Position numbers and translations under genes: made by a program. DNA of 63,803 nucleotides, the filler included, from Nemertoderma westbladi (Eukaryota > Animalia > Xenacoelomorpha): the NCBI GenBank assembly GCA_032718475.1. It is 3 parts of 3 records of this genome, joined end to end, with 100 filler letters (N's around TTAATTAATTAA, not from the genome) between each part and the next. Parts side by side here need not be neighbours in the genome. Positions count along the whole stretch, not along the records: positions 24,720 to 55,132 come from JAUCBJ010003427.1; 2 more parts are not named here. One strand, written 5' to 3'. The notes beneath the pieces are model-generated. The model was given only the letters and a program-made list of their open reading frames with translations. It did no database searches and was not told the DNA's origin. This document shows, piece after piece, positions 35,227-48,162 of this stretch. Every line of letters begins with the position of its first letter. Within the stretch, counting starts at the first letter, position 1.

Positions 35227-36600
35227 ATGGTTGAGTTGATAGAAGATGATCTTGGTATCGGGGAGCGATATACTCTACTTTTACAAGCGTTTGTTGATAG
35301 CTTAATACGCGGCGACGTTAGTCCAACTGCTGCGGAGGACGATGGTCGTTATATCGAACCGACAATGTCCCAAGTGCAGCTCTCGCGAGAGTTGGACTAT
35401 AGAAAATTCGCTGCTCGATATACGCAGCGTAATGGTACGTATATGGGCTTCTTAACTACTGGTCATTCTATCGATTTACACGATACGGACTATGTCGAAC
35501 ATATCCTACCCAGAGGAGTCGAAACGATAAACCAAAATTCTAATGCGAAAATCCTATTCGAAATCGACTCGAAAGAAAAGACATTAAAGAAACAAATAAA
35601 CGCGGTAACTCCAACATCTATTTGGAATTCTTGATAGAAGCATTGTAACAACAAATAAATATCACCCGCGTTTCTCCTTCAAGACATGCGTCTTTGGTAT
35701 TATTACGATAAATGCCCTAGACCCAACCAATAAACGGAAAGACATAAACATCCACGGAAACGTTGTGTTAAACACAGTTGTGCTCGTTATATTTACTGGA
35801 GTTTCGAGCGAAACTTGTTTGACGTATCACCTATGCTCACTCGGCTCGAACGATCCTGGAGTAAACCTACGATCAGAGTCCCGGAATACTCGGTCAAACC
35901 TCCTCATTCCTTAGTTGGACCTCAGACCTGCGATCCTGGTGGTGTCGCGGATCCTCGCGGACTGTATTCGTATTCACTGTTCAAAGATCTAGTGCTACCC
36001 TAACAATTAATCGGTAACACTCCGACAGTGATTTCTAGCTAGCCGCCCATCTTACCTAGCCGGATTGTGACGCGGACACCTAATATCACTATCCAACCGT
36101 ATGGTCGTCCCCGTTTAACGCGATACAACCCCTCATCAAGGTAAAGGAGAGCGTTGTACGAAACGAGTTAAACGCTATTCTATAAAAATCAAAAAAGAAA
36201 CCTGCGTTTGTTCAGATAAACGTAAGTTATAACAGTAAGTCCAATCGATAAACGAATTGGCCTTATCTCAATTCGATTGGGAAATCCAGAATCTCTAAGA
36301 AGTTATCGAACTTGGACGATCCTATTCTCTGCGAGAGTTTTGGATGAACGTATCCAGCTACGAGCGGAGGAAAATCAGCTCGAGGAGAAGCATATCGAAA
36401 CGGCAGATACCTCGACCATAAACCTACACCTTCTGATGCAATCATATTGCACCCTTCACCCAGGAGTTATGGCCCTCCTAGTAAAGTGGCTCCCCCCAAA
36501 GAGAAAAAGACTCTTGCTAGCCTCAAAAAACTGCGTAAACGCCGTCTGCGTAAGAAAGACTAACTGTTTAGAGTATCTTTATGTTTTAGAAACTGTGATT
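35227..36600 (+). pseudogene. Decayed extra ORF of unknown origin in the 3' region of the BEL element
   Basis: ORFs 35227, 35815 and 36277 share one frame separated by stops; CpG-rich stretch and TATAAA upstream. Confidence 0.4.
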
Positions 36601-36641
36601 TTTATATTTTATAGACTGAAAATCCCATTTTCTGGGAGCGG

Positions 36642-37823
36642 TGTAAAAGCTTTTGCTGAATTGTCCGGTTATTTTTCCTTATTTTTCCCGTAAAATACTC
36701 TGTAGTTGGTTTACCAGGCATAAAAAGGCCGTGTCCTTGCTGTACTGGTGTTTTAGCGGACATAAAAGCTATTTCTTCTGTATTTGTACTTTAGAGGACA
36801 TAATCCGTAATTCCGTGACGTAAAAGCTCGATACTCTTGAAAACAGTGTCGCTACCATGACGACGGCTAGCAGCTGATATTGCCACGGCGACGTTTCTTT
36901 GTTTCTTTGTTCTCTCGTTGTTCAGGTTGACCAATCAGAGCGTTTGTTGTCTCTGTGTTGGAGGTGTATACAGAAACTCAGTAGTTCAGTGTTATGTTTT
37001 GCCCAGAGCCTAAGAACCGGCTTTTGGCACCTCCGTGTTTTCAGTTTTTAGTCCTACACTAGTAGGCTTAATTATAAGGACATATATCCGTTATCTGCAT
37101 ACTGCAGTACTGCATACACTGCATACTGTGTAACACTGTGCATACTTTTATATTGTTATACTGCTATTTACTGTCAGTTCTTCATAATATGGTTGATGAA
37201 TTATTATATTTGGAATAACGACAAATAACCCCGAAACCCAATATTCTTGATATACCGAAGGTAAGAGAGAAAGGTTACAGATAAATGATTGCGACCTATG
37301 TTGAGTGGTTTGAAGTGAATCTAATGTTATTTGATAGACCCTACATGATTCGGTCCGTGTTCCTTTTATATGTGACTAAAATCAGTGAAGATCGGCAGAT
37401 CAGTGTGCAGTATTGTGCAGCATTGTGTATGAGTGAGACTGATAACGAAGCATTTCCTAAAGAATGCGCCATATATGTGAATTGTAACTAAGCCATATCG
37501 TTGTGAGTAGTTTAAGTCATAACTCTGTTTGTATAGATAGAGCGCCACGTCCTAAAGGAACTGTTAATATTTCCCGAAGGTGAATAATATTGTCAGAGAT
37601 TATATAATACTGTCAGTCGAATAATACATTAGGCTTACATAGCAATAAAATTAAGCCGTCGAACCCAATCTCCCGGGTATATCCAGCGGGTGAATGATCG
37701 CGCACAGATTGGTTTCGACTAGTGTAGTAAATTAAATACTTGTCATAGACTAAAGGTGATTTATTATCTAGAAGACATCCTAATTTGGCGGGTTAAACTG
37801 CCAAAGGTCTGAAAGCGCGAACA
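36642..37823 (+). repeat. BEL 3' LTR
   Basis: Direct repeat of 25354-26535. Confidence 0.95.
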
Positions 37824-38204
37824 TCTCCGAACTACAAAAATCTACTTAGGGGGTTCTGCCTTGAAGGTGACGACTATATATGATCACTATTATAATGGTA
37901 ACAGTGAGTAGAGTATATGATTAGTATAAAGTGATTTGATAATTAGTTTGTAAACGAGTGTGTATGTAGTGAGAAGTTATCCAGCTGTGATGATGTGGAT
38001 GAGAGAATATGTATAGGAGAGGGGGGTGAGGAAAGGGGGTTAGATAGATTATTGGTGTAAACGGTTAGATAGAGAGTAAAATATATATTATAATTGTTTT
38101 GTGTATATTATAGGTATTGTATCAATTATTGTTATTGTATATTTATATTATATTCTATCTTAAAAACTGATAGCTTTTTTAATATTCCGAAATAAAACGA
38201 TTAC

Positions 38205-40610
38205 ATGCTGCAAAGAGCATTAAGACAAATCGTGCCAGTGGAGTAGATGGTGTTCCTCCTGAGGTCTTTAAAATACCTGAGTGTTTAAAGCTCATCTATC
38301 CCATCATAGTAGACATGTACCGAACAACAAGAGTCCCACAAGAAATGAAAACAAATAAGTTGGTGCCAGTTCCCAAGAAGGGCAACCTAACACTGTATGG
38401 TTGTTTTAGGGAATCTCATTGATCTCGATTGCTGCGAAGCTATACAATAGAATTCTATTAAATCGCATCAGGGATCCCATTGAGAGACTGCTCCGTGGAA
38501 ATCAGAATGGGTTCCGTAAAGGTCGTGGGACCATGGAGCCCATTTTGGCACTTAGAAGGATAATTGAAGAGTTATCAAAAAAGAAAGACAGGCATCTGGC
38601 TGATATCTTTGTTGACTTCTTCAAGGCCTTTGATTCAGTCTCTCGCTCACGTATGTTCAGCATACTTCCATTATATGGGATTCCTGATGAAATTATTGCA
38701 GCAATCAGATCAGTATTATGGCGGTGCGTTTTTTACTTTTTTTCGATTTCATTGTTCTACCGGTGCACAAAAGTTGCCAAATGGTAAAAAATTTATATTA
38801 ATTTTGTCTATATCTTCACGGATCCCAAGAGGGTTGAAATTTTGAGCCATCGCGATGCACCATAATGAAATTTAAAACTATATAACTCATTGATGAAAGA
38901 TCAATGACTCAAGAAATAACTTCCTGCATGCATCAAATGTTATCAAATGGGTCCAAACTTAGTTAGAAACCAAAATTTTGATTTTTGGATCAAGGGAAGT
39001 AGTGCCACAGGCACATGGGCAGAACCTACTCTTTGGCGAAAGTGACGATTATTCTCAATTTTCGCGATGGCCAACTTTGAGTTCTCCTACTGCATTCATA
39101 TTATGCTCATTAGAACCGCAATGACCGATTTAGTGGGGGTAGACAACTTCAAAACAAACATAGAGCGAATAGTTCTTGAGATATCGCAGAAAATGTGAAG
39201 TCTGGCACAAGTCTACATTACCGCCTTGTTGCGATATGGACAAATATACTAACAATGATACTTTGAATTATCTCAAGGAATCAAGAATAGACACATCACA
39301 GAAAATGATCAATGTAGTGGGTATAGACACCTTTAAAATAAGAGGAGAGTCAGTAGTTCTTGAGCTATTTTACAAAATGTCAAAACGATGTCCACCAATT
39401 TATTGATACTTAATATTGAGATTGAGTTGACCCATTTTGTACAAAAACTATAGTGAACTAATCACTACTCTTTCATTTTGAAGGTGTCTGTATACACTAA
39501 ATCAATTTGTTCAGTGATGCGTAAATTTTTGATGCCTTTAGATAATTCAAAGTATCATTGTTAGTGTATTTGCCCATATCGCTTCAAGGTGGTAATGTAG
39601 ACTTGTGCCGTACTTCACATTTTCTGCGATATCTCAAGAACTATTCGCTCTACGTTTGTTTTGAAGGTGACTACCCCCACTAAATCGGTCATTGTGGTTC
39701 TAATGAGCATACTATTACTGCAGTAGGTGTACTAAAAGTTGTCCATCTCACAAATTGAGAATAATCGTCACTTGTGCCAAAGGGTAGGTTCTGGCCACGT
39801 GCCTGTGGCACTAGTTCCCTTGATCCAAAATTAAAAATTTTGGTATCTAACTAAGTTAGGACCCATTTGATGACATTTGATGCATGAAGGAAGCTCATTC
39901 TTGCGTAATTGATCTTTCATCAAAGTGTTATATTATTATAAATTTCATTGTGGTGCATCGCGAAGGCTCAAAATTTCAACCCCCTTGGGATCCGTCAAGA
40001 TATCGATGAAATTTAGAGAAACTTTTTTTTTCTTAATTTTATACCATTTGGCAACTTTTGTGCACCGGTAGAACAATGAAATTGAAAAAAAGTAAAAGAC
40101 GCACCGCCCTAATTATTCAGTATACGATGGTTCGACAACATTTGTGACAACTGTTGATGGTGACACAGAACCATTTGAAGTATTATGGGGAGACACACTT
40201 GCGCCATTCTTGTTCATAATTGTTGTTGACTATGTTCTACGTATGTCCTTAGATCATCATAATGATGATGGGGTGATGATAACTCCACCTACTGGCTCCA
40301 GAAGTCGAGGAAATCCTGCCAAGTACCTAACTGATCTAGACTTTGCTGATGACTTAGGAGTACTCTCAGAATCACTAGTGGGAGCCCAACGGCTCCTCAG
40401 CTCATTAGAACAGGCTGCTTCTAGTGTTGGTCTTTGTGTTAACGACAAAAAGACCAAAATTTTGGCAGTTAACTTTGAAAGTCCTCAGCAAGTCTCTGAC
40501 CGGATTAGCATATGCTCAAAGAAGGTATGCTTGAGCATGTGGACGACTTCTGTTACCTGGGATCATGGACCCGGAAGTCAGATGAGGACCTTCGAATACG
40601 TAAGGGAAAG
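38205..40610 (+). pseudogene. RTE-clade LINE RT fragment split by a foldback element
   Basis: PVPKKGNL, NQNGFRKGR, DFFKAFDS, GDTLAPFLF, DFADD; highly similar to the copies at 45465 and 50597. Confidence 0.88.
38719..40109. mobile_element. Palindromic non-autonomous DNA transposon (PIF/Harbinger-like termini)
   Basis: Inverted arms of about 0.6 kb: (T)GGCGGTGCG..CGGTGCACAAAAGTTGCC versus GGCAACTTTTGTGCACCG..CGCACCGCCC; TTA/TAA flanks. Confidence 0.85.
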
Positions 40611-40869
40611 GAGTAGCATTTTAAGTCAAAAATATAAATTTTGGCTCTGGCCGATAAATGAACTTTTTTGTGAAAATTTTACAATTAAATATAGTCCACC
40701 CAAAATGTATCTTGCACTTTTTTCTATATTCGGTTTATGGTCCAGTAGTATATGTGGCGGTGGCAGTAGAAAAGGGGTTTGGTAGAAAATGCTAGTTCTG
40801 ATTAAATCGAGTTTAAAGTTTTTTTTTAACTTTAATTTTTTTTTATTATTGCCTTGCACTACAGACTAA

Positions 40870-41305
40870 ATAAGTAGATCAAATGAAACCTTGACCGGGA
40901 AAACCCCCACAGCGAGAATTTTAATTAGCTAATGTGATTTCTTATATTTTTGACGGACAGACTGACTGACAGACAAACCGATAGACAGTCTGGATAAGGT
41001 CAAAAGTAAAACTGACAGCGGAAATGAAATCCTCGACCAGGAAAACCCTCATAGCGAGAATTTTAATTAGCTAATGTGATTCCATATATTTTTGATGTAC
41101 AGACTAGCCGGACAGACAGACCGACAGACAGTCTGGATAGGCTGAAGAGTGAAAACTGACCTCGGAAATGAAATCCTTGACCAGGAAAACCCCATTAGCG
41201 AAAATTTTAATTAGCTAATGTGATTCGTTATATTTTTGACGGACAGACTGACAGACAGACCGACAGACAGACCGACAGACAGACCGAGAGACAATCTATA
41301 TTATA
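40870..41305 (+). repeat. Three ~140-bp tandem units with (GACA)n microsatellite, Helentron/DINE-1-like
   Basis: Repeated GAAAACCC..AGCGAGAATTTTAATTAGCTAATGTGATT..GACAGAC. Confidence 0.55.
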
Positions 41306-41714
41306 GGCCTATGTATTTCAAAATGTTGAAAACCAAGCCAGTACCCCCCCCCCCCCCCCCCTTAAGTTAATTAATGAATAATTAAATAACTTATTAATTA
41401 ATTTATCATGTCATAATGGCAGGTTCGTGCAACAAGGATCTAAGTTGGTATGGTTGGGACAAAAGGTAGCTAAGTTGTAGCTATTTTGTGAGTTAGCTAC
41501 TTGTTTTGTTACACTCTAAGTCTCTTGATTAGTCTCAAACATAGTGACTTAGCTACTCTGAAATCAGCTTTTCCAAAACATTTTCCTCTAAATCTTAGTG
41601 ATAAATTTGGCGTAAGGTACAGTGATGACTTTGCAACTTTATAAGAATTCTCCAAAAATTGACTTAGCTACTTGTTGTTCTGAGGTCTTCAATAAGTTGC
41701 TTGTAATATTTTAC

Positions 41715-41926
41715 CTCTTTCTTTCCATCTTCCCTCGGTTGTAGCTTGGCCCGGGAATTAAGGAGGTCAAACAGCTGTCCGCAGTAGATCTCAAAGAAAC
41801 TAATCCAGACTTGAGGTCTATCGGGTCGGTGTTTCGTTTTGAGGGTGCCGAACAGAGATTTGGCGGTTAACATAAACAGACCTGGAACTCGTTTCTTCAC
41901 CTCTCCCAACAGAGTGTAAGACTTAC
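41715..41926 (-). CDS. KIF24: Kinesin-13 (KIF24-like) motor exon
   Basis: AG/GT bounded; (G)KSYTLLG..GLF..WISFFEIYCGQLFDLLN..REDGKKE; phase matches the upstream exon. Confidence 0.85.
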
Positions 41927-42392
41927 CTGAACAAAATAAAAGATTATTACCTAAACAAAAGCTTATATCAAAAACAGGTTGTCTATATTACTGGGTCCGG
42001 TAAGTCTACCTCTAAGTAGTCTATAACAACCTACCTGTCTATAGAAGAAATAGGTAGACCTACCGGCCCAAAGCTGCTCGTAGCAGAAACAGGTAGACTT
42101 CCTTGCAATATGTCTGTGTGTACGAGAAACACGAAACACGAGTGGGGCCTTCGTTCGTGCAGCAAAAGCTGATGACACACACAGACTTTTCGAAAACGGC
42201 CTTAATTATAACAGTTCGCTAATGGCTCGTAGTTTTGACTCGCCCCACAAATAGACTCTACCTATTACCGCCCCATGTTTGCCTTTGCTTGATCATAATA
42301 AGGTAAGCTTCGCGGAAAGAGCAGAAACAGGTAACTTATTGTCCCCTGTGTGCCCAACTTATTGGCCCTTTATTTGAAGAAGATAGACTTAC

Positions 42393-42669
42393 CGGCTCCA
42401 GTCTGCCCGTAGCAGAAACACGTAGACTTCCCGCCATTTAGAACGCTCTGCACCAGCGGTTTCGCCGTTCTCTCAAACACCATCTGATTGGTCCACGACT
42501 CATCGAATACCACGTCGAACGCAAACTCGTGCTGCTGTAGATACTTGGTGAGATTAACGGTGACCTTCTGTTCGCTCACCAGCACCACGTTATCTTCTTC
42601 GACATTGACGATATCGGGGTCTAGGGATCTTCTTTCTCGTAACGATAGGGGGCGCTTCCTAACACAAAC
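42393..42669 (-). CDS. KIF24: Kinesin-13 (KIF24-like) motor exon
   Basis: VCVRKRPL..KVTVNLTKYLQQHEFAFD..TCFCYGQTGA (KVD-like finger, P-loop); AG/GT bounded, 277 nt. Confidence 0.9.
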
Positions 42670-44145
42670 CTATAAATAAACAATGATTAATTGAGTTAAC
42701 AGAATTAAACAAATGAAATAATAGTGAGTGGACAGTGGTTAAGGGGGGAGAGGGGTAGCACCCCCCTATTACGGAAATAGACAAAAAACTTTTTGTATTC
42801 TATCATGTACTAAATTTAATTGAGATTTCAAATCTGCAAGCAGTTTTCTCATATCTTTTCTCAAACTCAAGTTATTACCCAAAACGTAAGAGCTAGTGTG
42901 ATTTTTGACAAGCCTTCGAGCAGCACTATATTTAACAATTGTACGGGGCCCTTTTCATAAAAAAGGCTCTCACGGTACAGATATGTATAAAATCGTTATT
43001 TTGCTAGTTATATGTTTAGCAAGCATGAAAAATTTCGTTGAATTTCATTCATTTTTGACAAAGTTATTGTTGATAATAGAAAAATTGCATTATTTAAAAT
43101 AACGGGAAGGTTTGAATTGTTCCTTTAAACTTTAAACACCCATATCTCAGAGTAACTTTTTTTCATGAAAAAGGTTATTTCTCCGCCAATTTAACTGAAA
43201 CGAGTTGACATTTTGTACACAAAAATTCCAACAAATATTGGTGGAAAAATAGCCTTTGGCGCAAAAAAGCACTTTTGGCCATTACAAAGCCATTTTGGGG
43301 CCAAATTTAAAAATATTTGGTTTGGCTATTCTTAAACAACCCAAACGATGTTTAGAAGTACAAAATAACTATTTATTATACGGTAAATAAATATGCTTTA
43401 TTTACCGTTCGTCCCGAGATCTGGCCGACCGAGTGCAGCGAGGGAGGTAAATAAGTCAGATAGAGGGGCAAAAAGGAAAATAACGTTGCTTTATTTATCG
43501 TACAATATGTAATTTTATTGTTAAATTCATCCATTATTATAATTATTAAAATATTTATTGTTTAATAAGTAATTTAACATTGCACCGGTCGCAGCTCGAA
43601 CCGCAATTATTCTTCGTCCTCATTTTGATTTGTTGATACCAATTGGAAGGTATTTGTAAATAACTGTTAATATGGTTGAGAAATAGCTGAGATATAGACC
43701 TTAAAAAATGTACAGATATTTGCATCAGTTTCAGCCTGCAGGGCAGGCCATTTATTGTATTTAATAAATAAACAGTATTCAACTAGGCCCCTACTATTCA
43801 ATAAACAACTATTCTACATAATTATTTATATGACGATTATTAATTAATTACTTGATGACATCTTACTTGTCGTAGCTACTCATTAAATAAATAAAATGCC
43901 CAGAATAGAATTTAGGCCCTATTACAGTGCAAAGTAGTGACTGATTGAAGAGCAATAATCTCCATTTACCTAGGTAAATAATGCAAATATTATTTACAAA
44001 AATTTAAACTGAAAGTAAATTGTAGTTAACAGGTTAATATAAACTAATTGATTTGTAGCTACAGAATGGTTTAATGATATTCGAACACGGGGCCCTCCAC
44101 ATCAGCCGCTTTACGACTCTACCCACTGAGGAGCCGTCAACCCAC

Positions 44146-44403
44146 CTGTATTCGATCCTCTGATTGGCTGGTACTTGGCTGCCGTGCAGCGGCTGTTTGC
44201 TGGTTGGCTATTCGGTTATGGGGGGTTGTATTAGGAAGACCATAGTTGTACCCGGAACCCTTATGGCTGATCCATTTCACTATCTCCAACGCGTTTTTCC
44301 CACTTGTGTTGCTTCCGCTATCCAACTCGGAACCTATCGATTCGTTGTCACTTTCTCCAAGAAAGAAATCCAATGCGCTAGGTTGGTCGCTAGGTGGCGC
44401 TGA
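44146..44403 (-). CDS. KIF24: KIF24-like pre-motor exon (5' boundary uncertain)
   Basis: Contains SGYNYGLP and ends EDRIQ|gt, splicing in frame to VCVRKRP. Confidence 0.7.
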
Positions 44404-45464
44404 CTGCATGGTTCACTATATTATTATGTTTATAATAATATAAATATATCATAATAACCAATGATTATTAATTTATAACAGAAATAAAGTGAATAACAAT
44501 ATTTAACTAATTAATACTCTATAAATGGACATCATAGAAATATAATTAAAAAAAGTAATTATTAACTAATATTAGTTATTATTAACAAGTAATTTAATTA
44601 ATAAGTAATTATTATGAAATTACGTATTTTACCTTGGGCCCAGAGCTACTAACTGTATGTATACCACGAGTTCTAATCTAAACTGCTATTCATAGATGTA
44701 GAATTAGTTAACGTGGACCCATGCTAGCTTCCTTGGAGCCCGTACCAGGATAGATAACGCATGATCTTCCTACCAGGTTGCGGGTTTACAAGTGGAAACT
44801 TTTTGGACAACCTGATCAGCAACTAGAAACTTAAATCGGTAGTACTTTTCTACATCAACTTCGTGTTTACACAAAGCAACATTATCGGCAACCTGAGTTT
44901 TTCACAAAGTTTCTGAAAAAGTTGAGCTCAAAATCTTTCCACGTGGAATCTTTCCAGGGGATGCGGAAATTAGGCTAGATTATGGATCATTATAATATTA
45001 ATAAGTAATTTTTATAAGTGCAGTAATAATAATAATTAATAATAATGCTCTTTCGGACCTCTTTTATATGTTTGGTATTGTTAACACAAATTTATTATAA
45101 AAGAAAAATTTTAAAAGCAATTTCTTGTTATAAGTATAACACATTATAAGCGGCTCTTCCACATAAAACTGCAAACTGTTGAGTGAAAATAATAAATATT
45201 ACCCCTCAGTATTGTAAATAAAATAACACAATTTGGTTTGAATAAAACCGAACTTTTTATTACTGTTGGCAACAACACTTACTGCTAGTTTTCTGAATGC
45301 GTTTATACTGTAACACAAATTTTTTACATAAATTAACATCAAAAATTGGAAATAACATTCTTATCACATGAAATTAACATAAAGATAACAGTATCACACA
45401 AATATCTCCATAATTATTAGCGTCTTATGTTAATTAAGTAGGAATAATTGCTGTTAGAATTTAC

Positions 45465-46677
45465 TACTAGGGTCGGCATGCTGCATTGCAGCTGCATTTT
45501 TAAGAATGCTGTGCCGGTTTGTCGACAAAATTGCGCCGCCACAACTCCCTATCACCCATGACATTTGCTAGAACAATCTGCATCTTCAAGGCCAGTGTCC
45601 TTTAAGATGCGTCTCAAGAAAATCATAGGCTATCCACCATGCTTATTCACTCCATGAGGCTGCCAAAGTACAAGATTATGCACTGGCTGGTCCTCACGGC
45701 GAAAGCAATGTCCTGCAGAGCGGAGGCGATTTTGTTCTAGTGTCAAGCTTGAGGGAACCAATGAGACACATCCAATGTTATATAGTGTCTGGTTGGAGAT
45801 GTGTGCATTGTACTTGACACAATGAACCCGGCGTAGCATTCTAGTGAATGTGCCATCCAGAGATTTGGTGTCCTCAGCAGTTAGAGCCCAGCATGGACTC
45901 CCATAGAGGAGTACTGGAACTACTGCTGCTCTAAATAATCGGACCTTAAGTTTCCGATTAATTCTCGGTAACTTCCAAATTCTGGAAAGCCTATTCAAGG
46001 CTGCCCATGCCTTTCCCTTACGTATTCGAAGGTCTTCACCTGACTTCCGGATCCATGATCCCAGGTAACAGAAGTCGTCCACATGCTCAAGCATACCATC
46101 CTTTGAGCTTATGCTCATCCGATCAGAAACTTGCTGAGAACTTTCAAAGTTAACTGTCAAAATTTTGGTCTTTCTGGAGTTAATAAAAAGACCAACACTA
46201 CAAGCAGCATGTTCTAATGAGCTGAGGAGCCGTTGGGCTCCCTCTAGTGATTCTGAGAGTACTCCTAAGTCATCAGCAAAGTCTAGATCAGTTAGGTACT
46301 TGGCAGGATTTCCTCGACTTCTGGAGACAGTAGGTGGAGTTATCATCACCCCATCATCATTATGATGATCTAAGAACATGCGTAGAACATAGTCAACCAC
46401 AATTATGAACAAGAATGGTGCAAGTGTGTCTCCCTGGAGGACGCCCCATAACACTTCAAATGGTTCTGTGTCACCATCAACAGTAGATACAAATGTTGTC
46501 GAACCATCGTATACTAATCTGATTGCTGCAATAATTTCATCAGGAATCCCATATAATGAAAGTATGCTGAACATACGTGAGCGAGAGACTGAATCAAATG
46601 CCTTGAAGAAGTCAACAAAGATAACAGCCAGATGCCTGTCTTTCTTTTTTGATAACTCTTCAATTATCCTTCTAAGT
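45465..46677 (-). pseudogene. 5'-truncated RTE LINE
   Basis: GVLQGDTLAPFLF, DFADD, FCYLGS, LLYGS; (TAG)n tail near 45465. Confidence 0.9.
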
Positions 46678-46978
46678 GATTCTAAGTGCCAAAACTAAGT
46701 GTTAGAATTTAAAATGAACTAAAATTATGCGATGTAGAAAATTGTTTTATTAAGAATGAGCGAATCTTATAGAATTTATCTTAATAGCATATTTACCGAA
46801 AACTATAACCTATTATGCTATATTTGGGACAAAAAACATCACAAAAATAACAAAAGCGAACTTTTCGAAAAACTTGCCGAATGAAACGCGAAACTTTTTA
46901 AGAACCAGTTCGGCCCGTATGAACCAGTGTGTAATTCCTAACTGTGCAGGCCTATTCTATGCCTATATATTACATAAA

Positions 46979-47611
46979 TCGTCCCATTCATTTTGAAACC
47001 ACCTATATGCCATTTTTGCCTAAATGGAGATTGCTGCATTTCTTTATGTTAAAATGTATTCTGAATCCGATTAACTCACTTTAGAAGGCCATACTCCCAC
47101 GTATAACTGAGATATTTATGGTTTTAAAACCACCTATATGCCAGTTTTGTATAGACCGCAGACCGCATTATAAAGAAATGTTTTTTAAATCAACCTATAA
47201 TGTATAATACATTTTACTATTATAAATAGAGTAAGCCCGGGAAAAGTTGATATAAAATTGGAAACAACGTATCAGAAGCTAGAATTGTTGTTTATTATGA
47301 TAGGGGGAGATTTGCTTTATATTTTTAAAACTTAACAATCGAATTTGTCTTAAGGGTTTTAATGCTTTTTGAGTAATCATTGTAAAAAATGTAATATTTT
47401 TTTTTAAACAACCTATATCCCTATACATTGTTTCCTACCTAATAAGTTACATAATTCCAATACCATTAAAATCGTTACATTTAATGGATTTAAAAAGTAA
47501 ATAAGACCAAAATCCTGGAATATTACTTTCAAACAAAATTAGAATCGAAAATGCCGTTTTACAGGAAAAGTCAATTTGGTCATTTAGGTTGTTTGAAAAT
47601 GAAAGGGACGA
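46979..47611. mobile_element. Non-autonomous TIR element
   Basis: TCGTCCCATTCATTTTGAAACCACCTATATG versus the inverted CATTTAGGTTGTTTGAAAATGAAAGGGACGA. Confidence 0.65.
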
Positions 47612-48162
47612 GTTGTAAAATGGAAAAACTTTTAACTTTTTAAATTCCGTTATAAAAATATAATTTATAGTTAATTTAAAACAATGTTAGATAGGCCAAT
47701 AGAATATATGATTAATTGTAATATAACTTTGTGAAATTATTCTAACTTATTATATTATTATTATTTTATTACTAATGATATTGTTTATTAATACATATCA
47801 CTCTATCTACCTACAGTAATCCCTACACCTACTACTACACTTACAGTACAAATAATCAAACTTGGCTCAACTAAAACATTCCTAACCGATTGCGAAAGTA
47901 GACGGAAATATCGTGAGGTTTCCTAATTCTGGTCCCAATAAATGCCCATTAATATAGTGGTTGCTAGGCAGTGAAGTAAACATTAGAGGCAATGTCGTCA
48001 TCTTATACAAGTCTGGCGTGACGGACATTAACATTTCTAAGAGAAAGATTGCGCAATTAAATATTATAACCGTTTTAAAATCACAAGGGTTATTATGGTC
48101 GTATATGGTGGAAAGGAACAGGAACAAGCTCTTAATAAATTTTATAGCCAATACGTTAACAA

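Larger units (their letters stand above)
25354..37823 (+). mobile_element. Non-autonomous BEL/Pao-derived LTR retroelement (gag + protease only)
   Basis: TG..CA LTRs of 1182 bp; TCTCC TSD (25349-25353, 37824-37828); GGGAGCGG purine tract before the 3' LTR. Confidence 0.92.

Noticed and set aside
43376-43790. Crypton-like non-autonomous element
   Set aside because: Short palindromic ends are suggestive, but there is no recombinase ORF or defined boundary.
44633-44990. KIF24 N-terminal SAM exon
   Set aside because: A donor is present but all three frames contain stops and no SAM motif is clear.
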